A stretch of DNA of 61,719 bases, counting the filler, from Anaerolineae bacterium (GTDB lineage Bacteria; Chloroflexota; Anaerolineae; Epilineales; Epilineaceae): NCBI GenBank assembly GCA_029262755.1. It is 4 parts of 4 records of this genome, joined end to end, with 100 filler letters (N's around TTAATTAATTAA, not from the genome) between each part and the next. Parts side by side here need not be neighbours in the genome. Positions count along the whole stretch, not along the records: positions 18,420 to 39,083 come from JAJCYU010000117.1; positions 39,184 to 49,951 come from JAJCYU010000119.1; 2 more parts are not named here. The stretch is one strand, 5' to 3'. Positions 28,323 to 39,185 of this stretch are shown piece after piece. A model generated the notes under the pieces. The model worked only from the letters and a program-made list of their open reading frames with translations, did no database searches and was not told the DNA's origin. Every line of letters starts with the position of its first letter. The first letter of the stretch is position 1. A program made the position numbers and the translations under genes.

Positions 28323-31295
28323 CTACAACGTGCGTAGGATCTCGACCGCGCGCCGCCGGCGGTAGCCGTGGGTGGCGACGGTGGCGCTGATCAGGCTGGC
28401 CAGGATCATGAGGGCCAGCATGGCGGGCACCACGATGCGGTCCACGGCGAAGGCGGTGGGTACCTCGTTCTGGAAGCCCTCCGAGACGCGGAGCATGTAG
28501 CCGAGCAGCACGCCCGCGCTGACACCGGTCAAGGTGGCGGCGAGGGTCATCACCATGGCTTCGCCCACGAAGACCTTGAGCAGGTGGCGGCCGGGAGCGC
28601 CCATCGCCTTGAGCATGCCGATCTCGGCGCGGCGGCCGTAGATCGAGACGTAGATCACGGCGAAGACGCCGAATACGGCCAGGGCCGAAGTCAGGGCGGT
28701 GAGGATCAGCAGGAACATCTGGCCCGTGCGCGCTTCTTCGCGCACCGTGGCGATGGACTCCGCGGTGCTGTCGATGTTGAGCCCGTGCTGCGTGCCGTAG
28801 CGAAGGCGCAGGTCGCGGGTGAGCTCGGCCTCCCCTTCTTCGTCGATGGCTTCGGACGGCGTCGCGAGCAGCGTGCGCACGATCGGCGTGTTGGGGTCCG
28901 GCGGTCCGGTGACGGGGTCGTTGATGAGCCGGCGATACGTCGCCATGCCAAGCAGGACCGTGGAATCGCCGCCCCACACGGCCGTCTTCTTGGCCGTGAA
29001 GGTGCCCACCCCGCCCAAGCGCTTCGCGATGCCGACGACCAGCACGTCCTCGTCGTGGTCCAGACCGCCGCCCTCCAAGCGCAGGGTCTTGCCGACCGAC
29101 GCGCCGAAGTGGTCGGCCAGGCCGGCACCGATGATCGCGGCGCCCGGCTCGTCGAGCACGCGGGTGAGGGCGGCCTCGCCACCTTCGATGATCTCGATCG
29201 CCTCGTCGTAGAGCAGGCCGCGCAGCTGGCCGTCCGTGGCGGTCACGCGTACGGAGGCATCGCGCAGGCCGACGCCGTCCGAGGCTTGGGTGCGGAAGGG
29301 TGCGGCGAGCGCGACTGTCGGGCCTAGACCTGCGTCGGCGCGTAGCTCCGCGAGCACCTCGGGCTTGAAGTTGCGTTGCTCGACGGGCTGCGGTGGGCCT
29401 GCGCTGGTCTGCTGCAACGAAACCGGCGCGGTCACGCGCAGCGGCGCACCGCCGTCGAGGCGACGGTCGTTCTCCGTGTTGGCCACCTCGAGCGCCAGTG
29501 TCGTCGACAAGAAAGAGGGCAGGGTCGCGCTCATCACGATCATGAGCGAGATCAAGGTGTTGCGGCCCTTGCCGCGCAGTACCGTGCGGCGCACGAAGTA
29601 GCCGGCCCGCGGCGCCGTGATGGCCTGCACGCGCAGCAGCAGCCGCTCGAAGGGCAGGATGATCACGAAGAACAACAGCGCGGCGCCCACGATGAGCGCA
29701 AGCAGCGCGCCGAAGAACAGGGCGGCAAGCACCCACAACACGCCGAAGTCGAAGGCCAGCGGAAACGCGAAGAAGATCAGCAGCGGATAGGTCAGCACGA
29801 CGAGCCCGCTACGCGAGATGCGCAGGTCCGTGCGCCGCTCGCGCATCTTGGCCAAGTCGTCCAGACCAAGCCCGTCCGCGACGCCGGGGTTGATGGCGTG
29901 GGTGACCTTGGTGTTGGCCGCCTTGCGTGCTGGCGCCCATGCGCTGATGGCCAGCACGAGCCCGCCGACGGCCACCGCGAGGAGAACGCCGGACATCGTC
30001 ACAAGCGGCACGTCGGCGATCATGTCGCCGGCGCGCTGCGCGATGAAGCGCACGATGATCTTGTTGTTCACCCACTGCCCCACGACGATCCCGAGGCCGA
30101 TGCCGATCGCACCGATGGCGGCCACCTCAGCGGCCACCGTGTTGAAGAGGAAGCGTCGCGATGCGCCCAAGATGCGCAGGACGGCCATGTCGCGCGTCTG
30201 CTCTTGGACGTTGGTCAGGATCATCGTGCGGATCAGCATGCCGACCACGGACAGGCTGAGCAGCCCGTACATCGAGATCAACGACTGGAAAAAGATAAAC
30301 GCGTTGGCGCCGTCCATCACCGCGCGCGGGCGCGGCATGCGGAACTCCACATCCTCCGCGCCGAGGCTCTCGCGCACGAGCAACGTGACTTCGCGTGCGG
30401 CAAAGGCGGACTTCTGGGGGTCACGTGCGTCATAGAGCGCGGGGTCGTAGTCGAGCACGATGCGTTCGGCCAGACCGGGCACGCCGAAGCGCTCGCCGGC
30501 CGACGCGAGCGAAACGAGGATGCCCTCGTTGCCAGACTCGCCCGTCACGCCGCGCTGGGTGGCCACCGCCCGCACACGCCAGCGCGCGGTCGTACGCCGG
30601 CGCGCGGCGCTCGCCGACGGCGCCTGGCCCGGCAGCCGCGTCTGGGGCGGCGCGTATTGGATCTCGATCACATCGCCCGGAGCCACGCCGAGCACATCGG
30701 CCGTCTGCTGCAGCACGACGGCGCCGGGCACGCCGTCGACCTCGCCGAGCAACGCCTCCATGTCGACAGGGATCTCTTCGTCGCTGGATCGGCCGAATCG
30801 CGAGCGCGCCGCACCCGGTGCGGCTTCGTCGCCGGCCTCCGCGCCATCGCCTTGCGCGCCATCGCCTTCCGCCGAGTCGCCTTCTTCATCGGCCTGCTGC
30901 GAGCCGTCGTCGACGATCTCCAGCGTGCCCGCGGTGTCGACGGCCGGGTCGAGCGCCACCAGCGCCGCCTCGCCGTCGCGCTCCGAGACGCCCGTGCGCA
31001 CCGAGACCACCGCGTGCAGGCGCGGCGCGGCCGAGCGCACGCCCGGCACGGCCTCGACGAGCGGGATGATCTCGCGCGGGACCATGAAGGGATTCGGCGC
31101 CGTGTCCGGGCGGGTCAGGACGAGGTCGAAGTCGCCCACCTCGCCCGCGACCGTGCCGGCGTAGAAGCGGCGGTAGCTGTCCACCGTGGCGTTGAGCGCC
31201 ACGAGGGTGCCCACCCCGACGATCAACGCGAGGATCATCAGAATCGTGCGCACCTTGCGGCGCCGGAAGTTGCGGCGGACGTAGGTGAGGATCAC
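28323..31295 (-). CDS. ABC exporter permease, double FtsX-type
   Basis: RNFRRRKVRTIL; EQTRDMAVLRILGA; RRAEIGMLKAMGA; multiple TM. Confidence 0.9.
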   Translation of the reverse strand: MILTYVRRNFRRRKVRTILMILALIVGVGTLVALNATVDSYRRFYAGTVAGEVGDFDLVLTRPDTAPNPFMVPREIIPLVEAVPGVRSAAPRLHAVVSVRTGVSERDGEAALVALDPAVDTAGTLEIVDDGSQQADEEGDSAEGDGAQGDGAEAGDEAAPGAARSRFGRSSDEEIPVDMEALLGEVDGVPGAVVLQQTADVLGVAPGDVIEIQYAPPQTRLPGQAPSASAARRRTTARWRVRAVATQRGVTGESGNEGILVSLASAGERFGVPGLAERIVLDYDPALYDARDPQKSAFAAREVTLLVRESLGAEDVEFRMPRPRAVMDGANAFIFFQSLISMYGLLSLSVVGMLIRTMILTNVQEQTRDMAVLRILGASRRFLFNTVAAEVAAIGAIGIGLGIVVGQWVNNKIIVRFIAQRAGDMIADVPLVTMSGVLLAVAVGGLVLAISAWAPARKAANTKVTHAINPGVADGLGLDDLAKMRERRTDLRISRSGLVVLTYPLLIFFAFPLAFDFGVLWVLAALFFGALLALIVGAALLFFVIILPFERLLLRVQAITAPRAGYFVRRTVLRGKGRNTLISLMIVMSATLPSFLSTTLALEVANTENDRRLDGGAPLRVTAPVSLQQTSAGPPQPVEQRNFKPEVLAELRADAGLGPTVALAAPFRTQASDGVGLRDASVRVTATDGQLRGLLYDEAIEIIEGGEAALTRVLDEPGAAIIGAGLADHFGASVGKTLRLEGGGLDHDEDVLVVGIAKRLGGVGTFTAKKTAVWGGDSTVLLGMATYRRLINDPVTGPPDPNTPIVRTLLATPSEAIDEEGEAELTRDLRLRYGTQHGLNIDSTAESIATVREEARTGQMFLLILTALTSALAVFGVFAVIYVSIYGRRAEIGMLKAMGAPGRHLLKVFVGEAMVMTLAATLTGVSAGVLLGYMLRVSEGFQNEVPTAFAVDRIVVPAMLALMILASLISATVATHGYRRRRAVEILRTL

Positions 31296-32071
31296 AGGAC
31301 GCGCTCCAAAGCGCGTTGCGGATCCTCGTCGCGGGCGACGATTACGCCGTCGAGCAGGTGGATGGTGTAGTCGGCGTAGGCGGCCATGCGCGGATCGTGC
31401 GTGACGTAGACCACCGTCTTGCCCTGCTCTTGGTTGAGCGTGCGCACGACGTCCATGACCTCGAAGCCCGTCTTGGAGTCCAAGTCGCCTGTCATCTCGT
31501 CACCGATCACGATGGCCGGGTCGTTGGCTAGCGCCCGCGCGATCGCCACGCGTTGCTGCTGGCCGCCCGAGAGCTCGCTGGGAAAGTGCTCGGCGCGATC
31601 GGCTAGCCCTACCAACGCAAGCAGCTCCTTGGCGCGTGCCTTGCGATCGCGCTTGGACAGAGCGCCGAGCAGCACCATGGGCGCCTCGACGTTCTCCTCG
31701 GCCGTGAAGTTGTTCAAGAGGTTGAAGGTCTGGAACACGAAGCCGATCTTCTCCAGCCGCAGGCGCGCCAGCTTCTCTTCGCCCATCGAGACGACGTCCT
31801 CTTCGTCGATGGTCACGTGCCCGCGCCCGGGCTCGTCCAGACCGCCCACGATGTTCAGCAGCGTCGTCTTGCCCGATCCGCTTGGCCCCATGAGGCACAC
31901 CATGTCGCCGCGCTCGATGGCCAGCGATACGCCGCGCAGGGCCGGCACCGCCTCCTTGCCCATCAGGTAGCTCTTGTGGATGTTCTCGATGCGGATGAGG
32001 ACGTCGACCTCTTCGACGGCGTCCTGGGCAGCGTCCTTGGCCGCGGCCGGGGGCGCGCTTGGCTGGCTCAC
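31292..32071 (-). CDS. ABC transporter ATP-binding protein (LolD/MacB type)
   Basis: GPSGSGKTT, LSGGQQQRVAIARAL, DEMTGDLD, VTHD; GTG behind AGGAG. Confidence 0.93.
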   Translation of the reverse strand: MSQPSAPPAAAKDAAQDAVEEVDVLIRIENIHKSYLMGKEAVPALRGVSLAIERGDMVCLMGPSGSGKTTLLNIVGGLDEPGRGHVTIDEEDVVSMGEEKLARLRLEKIGFVFQTFNLLNNFTAEENVEAPMVLLGALSKRDRKARAKELLALVGLADRAEHFPSELSGGQQQRVAIARALANDPAIVIGDEMTGDLDSKTGFEVMDVVRTLNQEQGKTVVYVTHDPRMAAYADYTIHLLDGVIVARDEDPQRALERVL

Positions 32072-32348
32072 GGTGTTCTCCTGGGCAGGCGATGGCGGAA
32101 GGCTGATTATTGCACGCTGCGGGCAGCGGACCGCGCTTCCACGCGCACGACACGCCACGTCCCATGAACATCGACGTCGTGCGGCGGGCCGATCTTATCC
32201 GGCGTGTCGTTCGACCGGGCCGGTCGTGTCCCGCCCGGTTTCGGTGCGCGCCACGGCACGCGGAGGGTGTACTCGTTCGGACGCCATAGGGTTGCGCGAT
32301 GCCGGAAGATATGCCTTCCCCGGCGCCCTCAAAGGACCGGTCAATGTC

Positions 32349-32376
32349 TTGACAGCCCCACCCCCCCATGTATACT
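32349..32376 (+). promoter_or_regulatory. tRNA promoter TTGACA-16-TATACT
   Basis: Near-consensus sigma70 elements 12 nt upstream of tRNA-Gly. Confidence 0.8.
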
Positions 32377-32388
32377 TGCCCACCTTAT

Positions 32389-32494
<106 letters not shown>

Positions 32495-32553
32495 CCGCAC
32501 TGGAACAGCCTGCAGCAAGCCAGTAGCACCCCGCGCGGACCGACATCGCGCAG

Positions 32554-32629
32554 GCCACCCTAGCTCAGTTGGTAGAGCGGCTCACTCGTAATGAGCAGGT
32601 CGCCGGTTCGAGTCCGGCGGGTGGCTCCA
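32554..32629 (+). tRNA. tRNA-Thr(CGT)
   Basis: GCCACCC/GGGTGGC acceptor; GCTCA-CTCGTAA-TGAGC; GTTCGAGTC; encoded CCA. Confidence 0.96.
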
Positions 32630-32747
32630 CGACAATCTACTTGCGGCTGCGTCTCGTTGCCATCTGCGGTTCAGCCATTGGCGCACGCGCCGGATCTTTT
32701 GCATGATCCGGCGTGATCGCGTTAACCGACCGGCCGGGGGCAAAGAC

Positions 32748-35027
32748 ATGGGACGATGGCGGAGGCTGTGGGGAGCAACAACCACGAGACGCTGGGCGAA
32801 TCTTGTTGCTGCCGCCGCCGTCGCTTCCTCCGCCGCCATCGTGCTGATCGGCGTAGGCGATCCCAATTCGCTAAGCAGCCGATGGGACGAGTACGGCGAC
32901 GGTGACGGATGGCGTACGCGTACGCGGAGCACGCTCGCGCAAGCCCCGGCCGTTCCCCAGCGCTTCGTCGACCAACTGGGCGGGGCCAGCCACGCGGTGG
33001 CCTTCGCGGACCACGGATCGCATGTGGTTGCATGGCTGGGTAGCGGGCCGCGGCTGGTGGCCGTCGACGTCTGCCATCCGCATTCTCCCGTCGAGATCGA
33101 GCGCAGCGTTGTGCTCGGCGGGCTCGTGCACGACGTCGTCGTGGACGATGATGCGAGTGCCGGTGGCGGCCTCCGGAGGGCATGGATCGCCGCTGGTGCG
33201 CGCGGGTTGCTCTCGGTCCAGATCGAGCCGCCTTGGTATCCGACGCCGCGCCCGGGCCTTGTCCTGCCCGGTCTGATTCCAGACCTGCCCGGGGAAGCCA
33301 TGGTGATCGCGCAGCGTGGCGACCTGCTCTGGCTCGGTGGATCCGCCGGCGTGCATGTGGTCGATGTCGCGGCGTCGCGCGGTTCTAACGCGACCATCCC
33401 GCCGCGGCTGCTGCGTCATATCGCGGCGCCCGAAGGAGGCTTCGGCGATGCGGTGCGGGGTCTTGCGGTGGTCGGCGAGCACGTGCTCGTCGCCTGGGGC
33501 GTCGAGGGTTTTCGCGTCCTGCGCGCGGACGAAAGCTCGGCGGAGATCGGTGCCTTTGCGCCCCGTGGTATTGTGGCGGCCGCGGTGGACGGCTCGGCGG
33601 ACGGCCGCATGGCCTTCCTGGCCGAAGGCGAATCGCTCGTCGTGCTCGTGTTCGACGAGACCGGCGCGCCGCGTGAAACCGGACGGCTGGCGCTCGGCGA
33701 CGGCGTCAACGGCCGCGCCGTGGCCTTCGTCCCGGGTTCCGGCGACGTTGGCGACCGCGTGGTCGTCGCCACGCGCGACCGCGCCGGCAAGCCCGGTGGC
33801 TTGCTCACGGTGGACGTCAGCGATCCGTCCGCGCCCCGCATCGCCCACGTCCGCGCCCCGGACGCTGCCGCCTACGCGGCGGCGCCGGGCCTGCCCGTCG
33901 AGCGGCCCGTGGACCTCGCGCTGCACGGCGACGGCGCCCACGTGCTGTGGGCCGAGGACGACGTGGGCCCGCGCGTGGTGAGAACGGACGGGGACAGCGA
34001 GCCCGAGACCTCGCCTCTCACCGCGGTCGGTTCGCTGGACCAGGCGCCCGGCCTGCGCGCCGTGGCGGCCGATCCGGATCACGCCTGGCTCGCCGGTGGC
34101 GGCACGCGTCTGCGCTGGTCCTGGCCCTACGGCGGCTTCCCCCAGGCCGAGCTGCTCGGTGGCGTCGCGCTGCCCGACGCCGGCGCGCCGCTCGCGGCCG
34201 TCGCGCTGTCGGGCGAGATCGTGGTCGCGGCGGCCGGCGGATTGTACGTTGCGCGCAGTGGTCCGCCGTGGGCAGCCGACATCGGTGCGCTGCTTGGCCG
34301 TGCGCCGGGAATCGCCACGGCGCGCGACGTCGCGCTGACCGGCCCGCCGGCTCGCCCAGTAGCGGTCGTCGCCGACGACGCGCAGGGTGTGGTCACCGTC
34401 GATCTATCGGACCCGGCGGCGCCGCGCATCCTCGGCCGGCTGGCCCTGGTCGAGCCCGCGGGCCCGGTGGCGCCGCCCGAGGCCGTGGCCGCGGCCGACG
34501 GTCTTGCCGCGGCGGTGGACGGGCTCGCGCTCACGATCATCGACCTGTTCTCGCCGGCCGAGCCGCGTGTCCTGGCCCGCATCGATACCGGCGGCGGCGC
34601 GCGCGACGTCGCGTTGGGCGGCGAGCTAGCCCTGGTGGCGGCCGAGTTCGCGGGCCTGCTCGTCTACGACCTCGAGCGCGCGGAGCGCCCGGTCCTACGC
34701 GCGACGTTGCCCATCACTACCGGCGCGCGCGCCGTGGCCTTCGATGCGGCGACGTCGCTCGCTTGGGTCGCCGCCGGCGCGGGCGGCGTGCTGGCGGTCG
34801 ATCTGCGCGATCCGGGTGCGCCGAACGTACTCGCCCGCTTCGCGACCACGGGCTGGGCCGAGCACATCACGCTACAAGACGGCGTGGTCCTGATCGCCGA
34901 CGGCGCGGGCGGCCTGCTCGTCCTCGCCGACGTGCGCGGCACGCCGATGCCACGCTTGCCCGCGCCGACCCCGCATCCGCCCTGCCGCCCGCCGGGTGCG
35001 TGGCTGCCCGCGCTCTCGGTGCCGTAG
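32748..35027 (+). CDS. Secreted LVIVD-repeat beta-propeller protein
   Basis: Signal-like N-terminus; repeats LLTVDVSDPSAP, VVTVDLSDPAAP, LAVDLRDPGAP, IADGAGGLLVL; C-terminal AWLPALSVP. Confidence 0.82.
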   Translation: MGRWRRLWGATTTRRWANLVAAAAVASSAAIVLIGVGDPNSLSSRWDEYGDGDGWRTRTRSTLAQAPAVPQRFVDQLGGASHAVAFADHGSHVVAWLGSGPRLVAVDVCHPHSPVEIERSVVLGGLVHDVVVDDDASAGGGLRRAWIAAGARGLLSVQIEPPWYPTPRPGLVLPGLIPDLPGEAMVIAQRGDLLWLGGSAGVHVVDVAASRGSNATIPPRLLRHIAAPEGGFGDAVRGLAVVGEHVLVAWGVEGFRVLRADESSAEIGAFAPRGIVAAAVDGSADGRMAFLAEGESLVVLVFDETGAPRETGRLALGDGVNGRAVAFVPGSGDVGDRVVVATRDRAGKPGGLLTVDVSDPSAPRIAHVRAPDAAAYAAAPGLPVERPVDLALHGDGAHVLWAEDDVGPRVVRTDGDSEPETSPLTAVGSLDQAPGLRAVAADPDHAWLAGGGTRLRWSWPYGGFPQAELLGGVALPDAGAPLAAVALSGEIVVAAAGGLYVARSGPPWAADIGALLGRAPGIATARDVALTGPPARPVAVVADDAQGVVTVDLSDPAAPRILGRLALVEPAGPVAPPEAVAAADGLAAAVDGLALTIIDLFSPAEPRVLARIDTGGGARDVALGGELALVAAEFAGLLVYDLERAERPVLRATLPITTGARAVAFDAATSLAWVAAGAGGVLAVDLRDPGAPNVLARFATTGWAEHITLQDGVVLIADGAGGLLVLADVRGTPMPRLPAPTPHPPCRPPGAWLPALSVP

Positions 35028-35356
35028 GGGCGAGGGAAGGCGGCGGGGAAGGCGGCCAGGACGGTGGCGTGGAGGCGATCGAGAAGGAGGCAGGGCAGGC
35101 GAACGGGAAGGCGAACAAGGAGGTATCCGCGACGGTCGGCACGTCGCGTAGAACGCGGGGCCCCGTGCTCGACGCCGTTGGTTCGCCGTTGCTCCTTGAG
35201 CGCGGCCGGTAGCCGGGGTATGGTGGTTCGGGCCGTACGTCACGAATCGGTAGCCCGCGCGATTCGAAACGTTCTCGCCCCGCCCTCGCTCCCCCCCCTC
35301 GCCCACGCCCACGCTCCCCCACGTCGGACCGCAGCCCATCCCGATCGGAGGCCCCC

Positions 35357-35938
35357 ATGCGCCGCATCGTCATCCTTGCCGCCGTCGCTACCGCGTTGGC
35401 GATCGTCTGGTGGCTCGCATCGCCGCTCTTCCTCGACGAGACCGTAGACGAGGACTTCCCCATCTCGCTAGAGCTCCAGCTGCCCGAGGGCATGGAGGAG
35501 TCCGACGCCATGGCCACCATGGATTCCGCCGCGGCCGACGACATGCGCGCCGACGACACGATGGACGATCGCATGGTGGAGGCCATGGTCGTCTCGCGTG
35601 GCTCCTTCCGCGACGTGGACGCGGTGCATCGCGGCAGCGGCGAGGCCGCGATCTATCTCCTGGAAGACGGAGACTACGTTCTCCGTCTCGAAGGACTCGA
35701 CGTGACCAACGGTCCCGACCTCTTCGTGACGCTTAGCCGCCATCCGGACCCCACGAATCGCGACGAGCTGCACGACGGCTTCGTCGAGGTTGCCCCGCTG
35801 AAGGGCAATCGCGGCAACCAGAACTACACGCTGCCGGCAGACGTCGACGCCTACGACATCGGTAGCGTGTCCGTCTACTGCCGCGCCTTCGGTGTGCTGT
35901 TCAGCGTTGCGCCGTTGGAGCTGGAGGCGGAGGGCTAG
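35357..35938 (+). CDS. DM13 domain protein with Met/Asp-rich linker
   Basis: SPLFLDETVDE, GSF..VDAVHRGSG, NGPDLFV, LKGNRGNQNY, VYCRAFGVLF. Confidence 0.92.
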   Translation: MRRIVILAAVATALAIVWWLASPLFLDETVDEDFPISLELQLPEGMEESDAMATMDSAAADDMRADDTMDDRMVEAMVVSRGSFRDVDAVHRGSGEAAIYLLEDGDYVLRLEGLDVTNGPDLFVTLSRHPDPTNRDELHDGFVEVAPLKGNRGNQNYTLPADVDAYDIGSVSVYCRAFGVLFSVAPLELEAEG

Positions 35939-36098
35939 TACTTCGGCAAGCTTGCAGTTGTGGGTAGTGAGAGAGCCAATGCGCCGCGCCAGGGGTTCGA
36001 TGAGACGAGGGAATCGTGGAGCTATTGCCGAGGAACAGCGGGCCGCTGGTGCGAGTGCAGTGGCTGCCGAGCCCGCAAATGCAGGCTTGACGAAGTCC

Positions 36099-37475
36099 AT
36101 GGGCGTGAGCGGCGGCGCAAAGAAGGGCGTGAGCGGCGGCGCAAGAGAGATTGATCTTCCGCGTACGACCGACTCCGAGGACCGACTACGTGCCGCGCTG
36201 CTGGATTGGTACGCGGCGAACAAACGCGTGCTGCCGTGGCGGGATGAGCGGGATCCCTACGCGATCTGGGTGAGCGAGATCATGCTCCAGCAGACGCGTG
36301 TTGCGGCGGTGATCCCCTACTACGAGCGCTGGATGGCCCTCTTTCCCGACGTCGCGACGCTGGCGGAGGCGCCGCTCGAAGCGGTGCTCGGCGCCTGGCA
36401 GGGGCTCGGCTACTACAGCCGCGCTCGCAACCTGCATCGCGCAGCCCGTGCGATCGCCGCGGACGGCGGCGCGCTGCCCGCGGACCGGGCCGCCTGGCGC
36501 GCGCTGCCCGGCGTGGGCGCCTACACCGCCGGCGCTATCGCATCCATCGCGCTCGGCGAGCCGGTCGCGGCCGTCGACGGCAACGTGAAGCGCGTGCTCG
36601 CGCGGCTGTACGCGGTGGACGCGGATCCCGCACGGGTCGCGTTCCGCCGGGCTATAGAGACCCACGCGGATCGCCTCGCGGCAGGCGTGCCCGCTGTTGG
36701 CGGCGCCCCGGGCGACTGGACGCAGGCGCTTATGGAGCTCGGGGCGACCGTGTGCGTGGCGCGGGGGCCGCGCTGCGAGCAATGCCCGGTCGCCGCATGG
36801 TGCGCCGCACTGGCCGTCGGCCGCGTCGACGAGCTGCCGCGCCCCGCCGCGCGCAGCCGCGTACGCGAGTCACGCGTGCTGGCGCTGCGGATCGCGCGGC
36901 CGGGCCTGGGGGAGGGGCCGGACGGGTCCGAGCATTTGTTGGTCGCGCGGCGACCGCCAGAGGGCTTGCTCGGCGGATTGTGGGAGCTGCCGCTCGTGCC
37001 ATGGGATCCCGGCTACGAGACCGGGCGGGACGAACCGGCGGCGATCGCGCATACGCTGCTCGACGGCCTGCGCGACGGATCGGGGGCCAAGCTCGCGATT
37101 CACGAGGCGCTGCTCCTGCCGCCGGTCGAGCACGTGTTCAGCCACCTGCGGCTGTCGGTCGAGCCGTTGGCGATTACGCTGGCGGCGGGGAGAGGGGGGT
37201 GCTCGTCCCGCGGCGATCGCTCCAGCTCCGGCGATCATTCCGCGGCCGACATTCGCCCCGTCGCCCGCTACGGCCAACTCGACCGCGACCCCATCGTCGC
37301 CGTCCTGCGCGAAGGTGGGCCGGACGCCGCGTCCGCCCGTCGCGCGGGGCTACCGGTAGCCTACGAAACCTGGCGCTGGGTGACGCGTGAGGAACTCGCC
37401 GAATTGGCGACCTCGGTGCTGATGGACAAGCTGGTTCGTGCCTTCGAGCACGCCGCGCGACCACAGGATCGGTAG
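36099..37475 (+). CDS. mutY: A/G-specific adenine glycosylase (start uncertain)
   Basis: LPWR..DPYAIWVSEIMLQQT, WQGLGYYSRARNL, LPGVGAYTA, VDGNV, C-x6-C-x2-C-x5-C. Confidence 0.93.
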   Translation: MGVSGGAKKGVSGGAREIDLPRTTDSEDRLRAALLDWYAANKRVLPWRDERDPYAIWVSEIMLQQTRVAAVIPYYERWMALFPDVATLAEAPLEAVLGAWQGLGYYSRARNLHRAARAIAADGGALPADRAAWRALPGVGAYTAGAIASIALGEPVAAVDGNVKRVLARLYAVDADPARVAFRRAIETHADRLAAGVPAVGGAPGDWTQALMELGATVCVARGPRCEQCPVAAWCAALAVGRVDELPRPAARSRVRESRVLALRIARPGLGEGPDGSEHLLVARRPPEGLLGGLWELPLVPWDPGYETGRDEPAAIAHTLLDGLRDGSGAKLAIHEALLLPPVEHVFSHLRLSVEPLAITLAAGRGGCSSRGDRSSSGDHSAADIRPVARYGQLDRDPIVAVLREGGPDAASARRAGLPVAYETWRWVTREELAELATSVLMDKLVRAFEHAARPQDR

Positions 37476-37857
37476 GAATAGATCCGGCGCGTGGGGAGTT
37501 GGTGACGCTTTTGGATCTGCCGAGCAATGCAGCGTCCATCACAGGGCCCGGCGGTTGCTCCAACGATGTGATAATCGAATCTCGCAGACGACCTCCTGAA
37601 GTGGAACCCAACCCCACGGTCTCCGTGTGCGTTCGCCTCCGCGTTCATGCTTTGATAGGCTCGTCGTTCATGGTCGGCATCGACCAATCGGTCCGCCGCG
37701 TGAGCCCATCGGGACTTTGATCCTGATCGCGGTCGGCGCCGTATCTACCAGTTACGAGAGCCTCCCAATCTCGGACGTGGAGAAACACGTGCGCCCCCCA
37801 CCTCCATTGCGACCCTCTCTGTCGGCTCGGATGCCCGGCGAAACGTAGGAGAACGTG

Positions 37858-39083
37858 ATGAACCGCACCCACCTTGCCTGCCTGACGGCGGGCCTGACCC
37901 TCTTCGGCCTGCTCGCGGCGCTCGGAGTCCTGTCCCACGCCGAATCGCCCGTCGAGGCTGCTCCGGCCGCGCAGGCGACCACCGCGTGCGACGGCGTCGT
38001 ATCCGCCACGCTATCGACCGAGGACGCGGCGAAGTGCCGCTTCGACGTCGGTGTCGAGCTGGAGCCCGAATGTCCCATCTGCCCCAACGGTGTGCGCCTG
38101 GTGTTTGTCCAGGCGGCCCTTGCGCCGGAGGCCGGTTGGCAGAACGAGCAGTCGATCCAGACCTTGGAAGAGGTCCTGCGGCTGGTCGGCGACGACGTGA
38201 CCGTCGAGGCCGGCGTGGTCCACTACGACGAGAACCAGAGCCGTATCGCGCTGCGCATGAGCGACAACGAGTCGCGCATCCGAGGTGCCCTGCGCAAACC
38301 ATCGACGGGCTACGCGCCGCGCGCGGTAACCATCGAGCGGGCTGCGCAGGAGGCGGTGCGGATGCTGCAGCAGTCGCGCAGGGAAGCCGGTGTCGACAAG
38401 GCCAATCCCGAAGACCTATGCGAGCTCATGGTGATCTTCGGCTACACCAAGTCCCACTACGACGACATGCGGCAGGCCATGCTCGACGCGGCGAAAACCA
38501 TGCATCGGGAGCGGATTCCCGTCCTGGTCGGCTGCCCGACGGTCCCCGGAAGCTGGTATTGCAGTGTCGCGCGCGAGATGCCGCGTAGCGCACGCTATTA
38601 CAGTGAGTTCAACGAAAGCGGGACCTTCCGCAGGGTGACGCGCAACGAGCTGCGCGAGAAGCTGCAACAGCAGGACGAGGTGGTTGCCGTCGACCTCGTG
38701 CAACACTTGCCCGAGGGCCTCCAGTACCTCGATGGCTCAGCGCCCATGACGCCCACATTGGAGACCGTCGAGGACGGCACGCTGCTGCGTTGGGGGTGGG
38801 AAGATCTGCAGGGCCTGAGTTGGCCGGTCACGATGACGTACTCCGTGCGCCCCACCGCGCTTGGCATGCACGAGATCTCCGGCGACATGACGATTCGTGA
38901 CCGCCGACGCCAGGTCCGCGAGCTGCCGGCGCCGACCCACGCGCTCACGGTGACCACGATCTGTCCGAACGCCACCGCGGAGCCGCCCACGGCGCCGCCT
39001 CCGCCGCCACCGACCGCGACCCCGACCGACCCGCCGACCGCCACCGCAACCCCGCTCCCGACGGCCACGCCCACGGCGGTGCC
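37858..39083 (+). CDS. Secreted degenerate VWA/Ig-fold paralogue with PT linker, 3' truncated by gap
   Basis: Signal peptide; AGVVHYD, PVLVGC, RYYSE; QHLPEGLQYLDGSA..LRWGW..TMTYSVRP; PTATPT. Confidence 0.75.
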
Positions 39084-39183
39084 NNNNNNNNNNNNNNNNN
39101 NNNNNNNNNNNNNNNNNNNNNNNNNNNTTAATTAATTAANNNNNNNNNNNNNNNNNNNNNNNNNNNNNNNNNNNNNNNNNNNN
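39084..39183. other. Artificial contig-joining linker
   Basis: N-run / TTAATTAATTAA / N-run. Confidence 0.98.
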
Positions 39184-39185
39184 GG

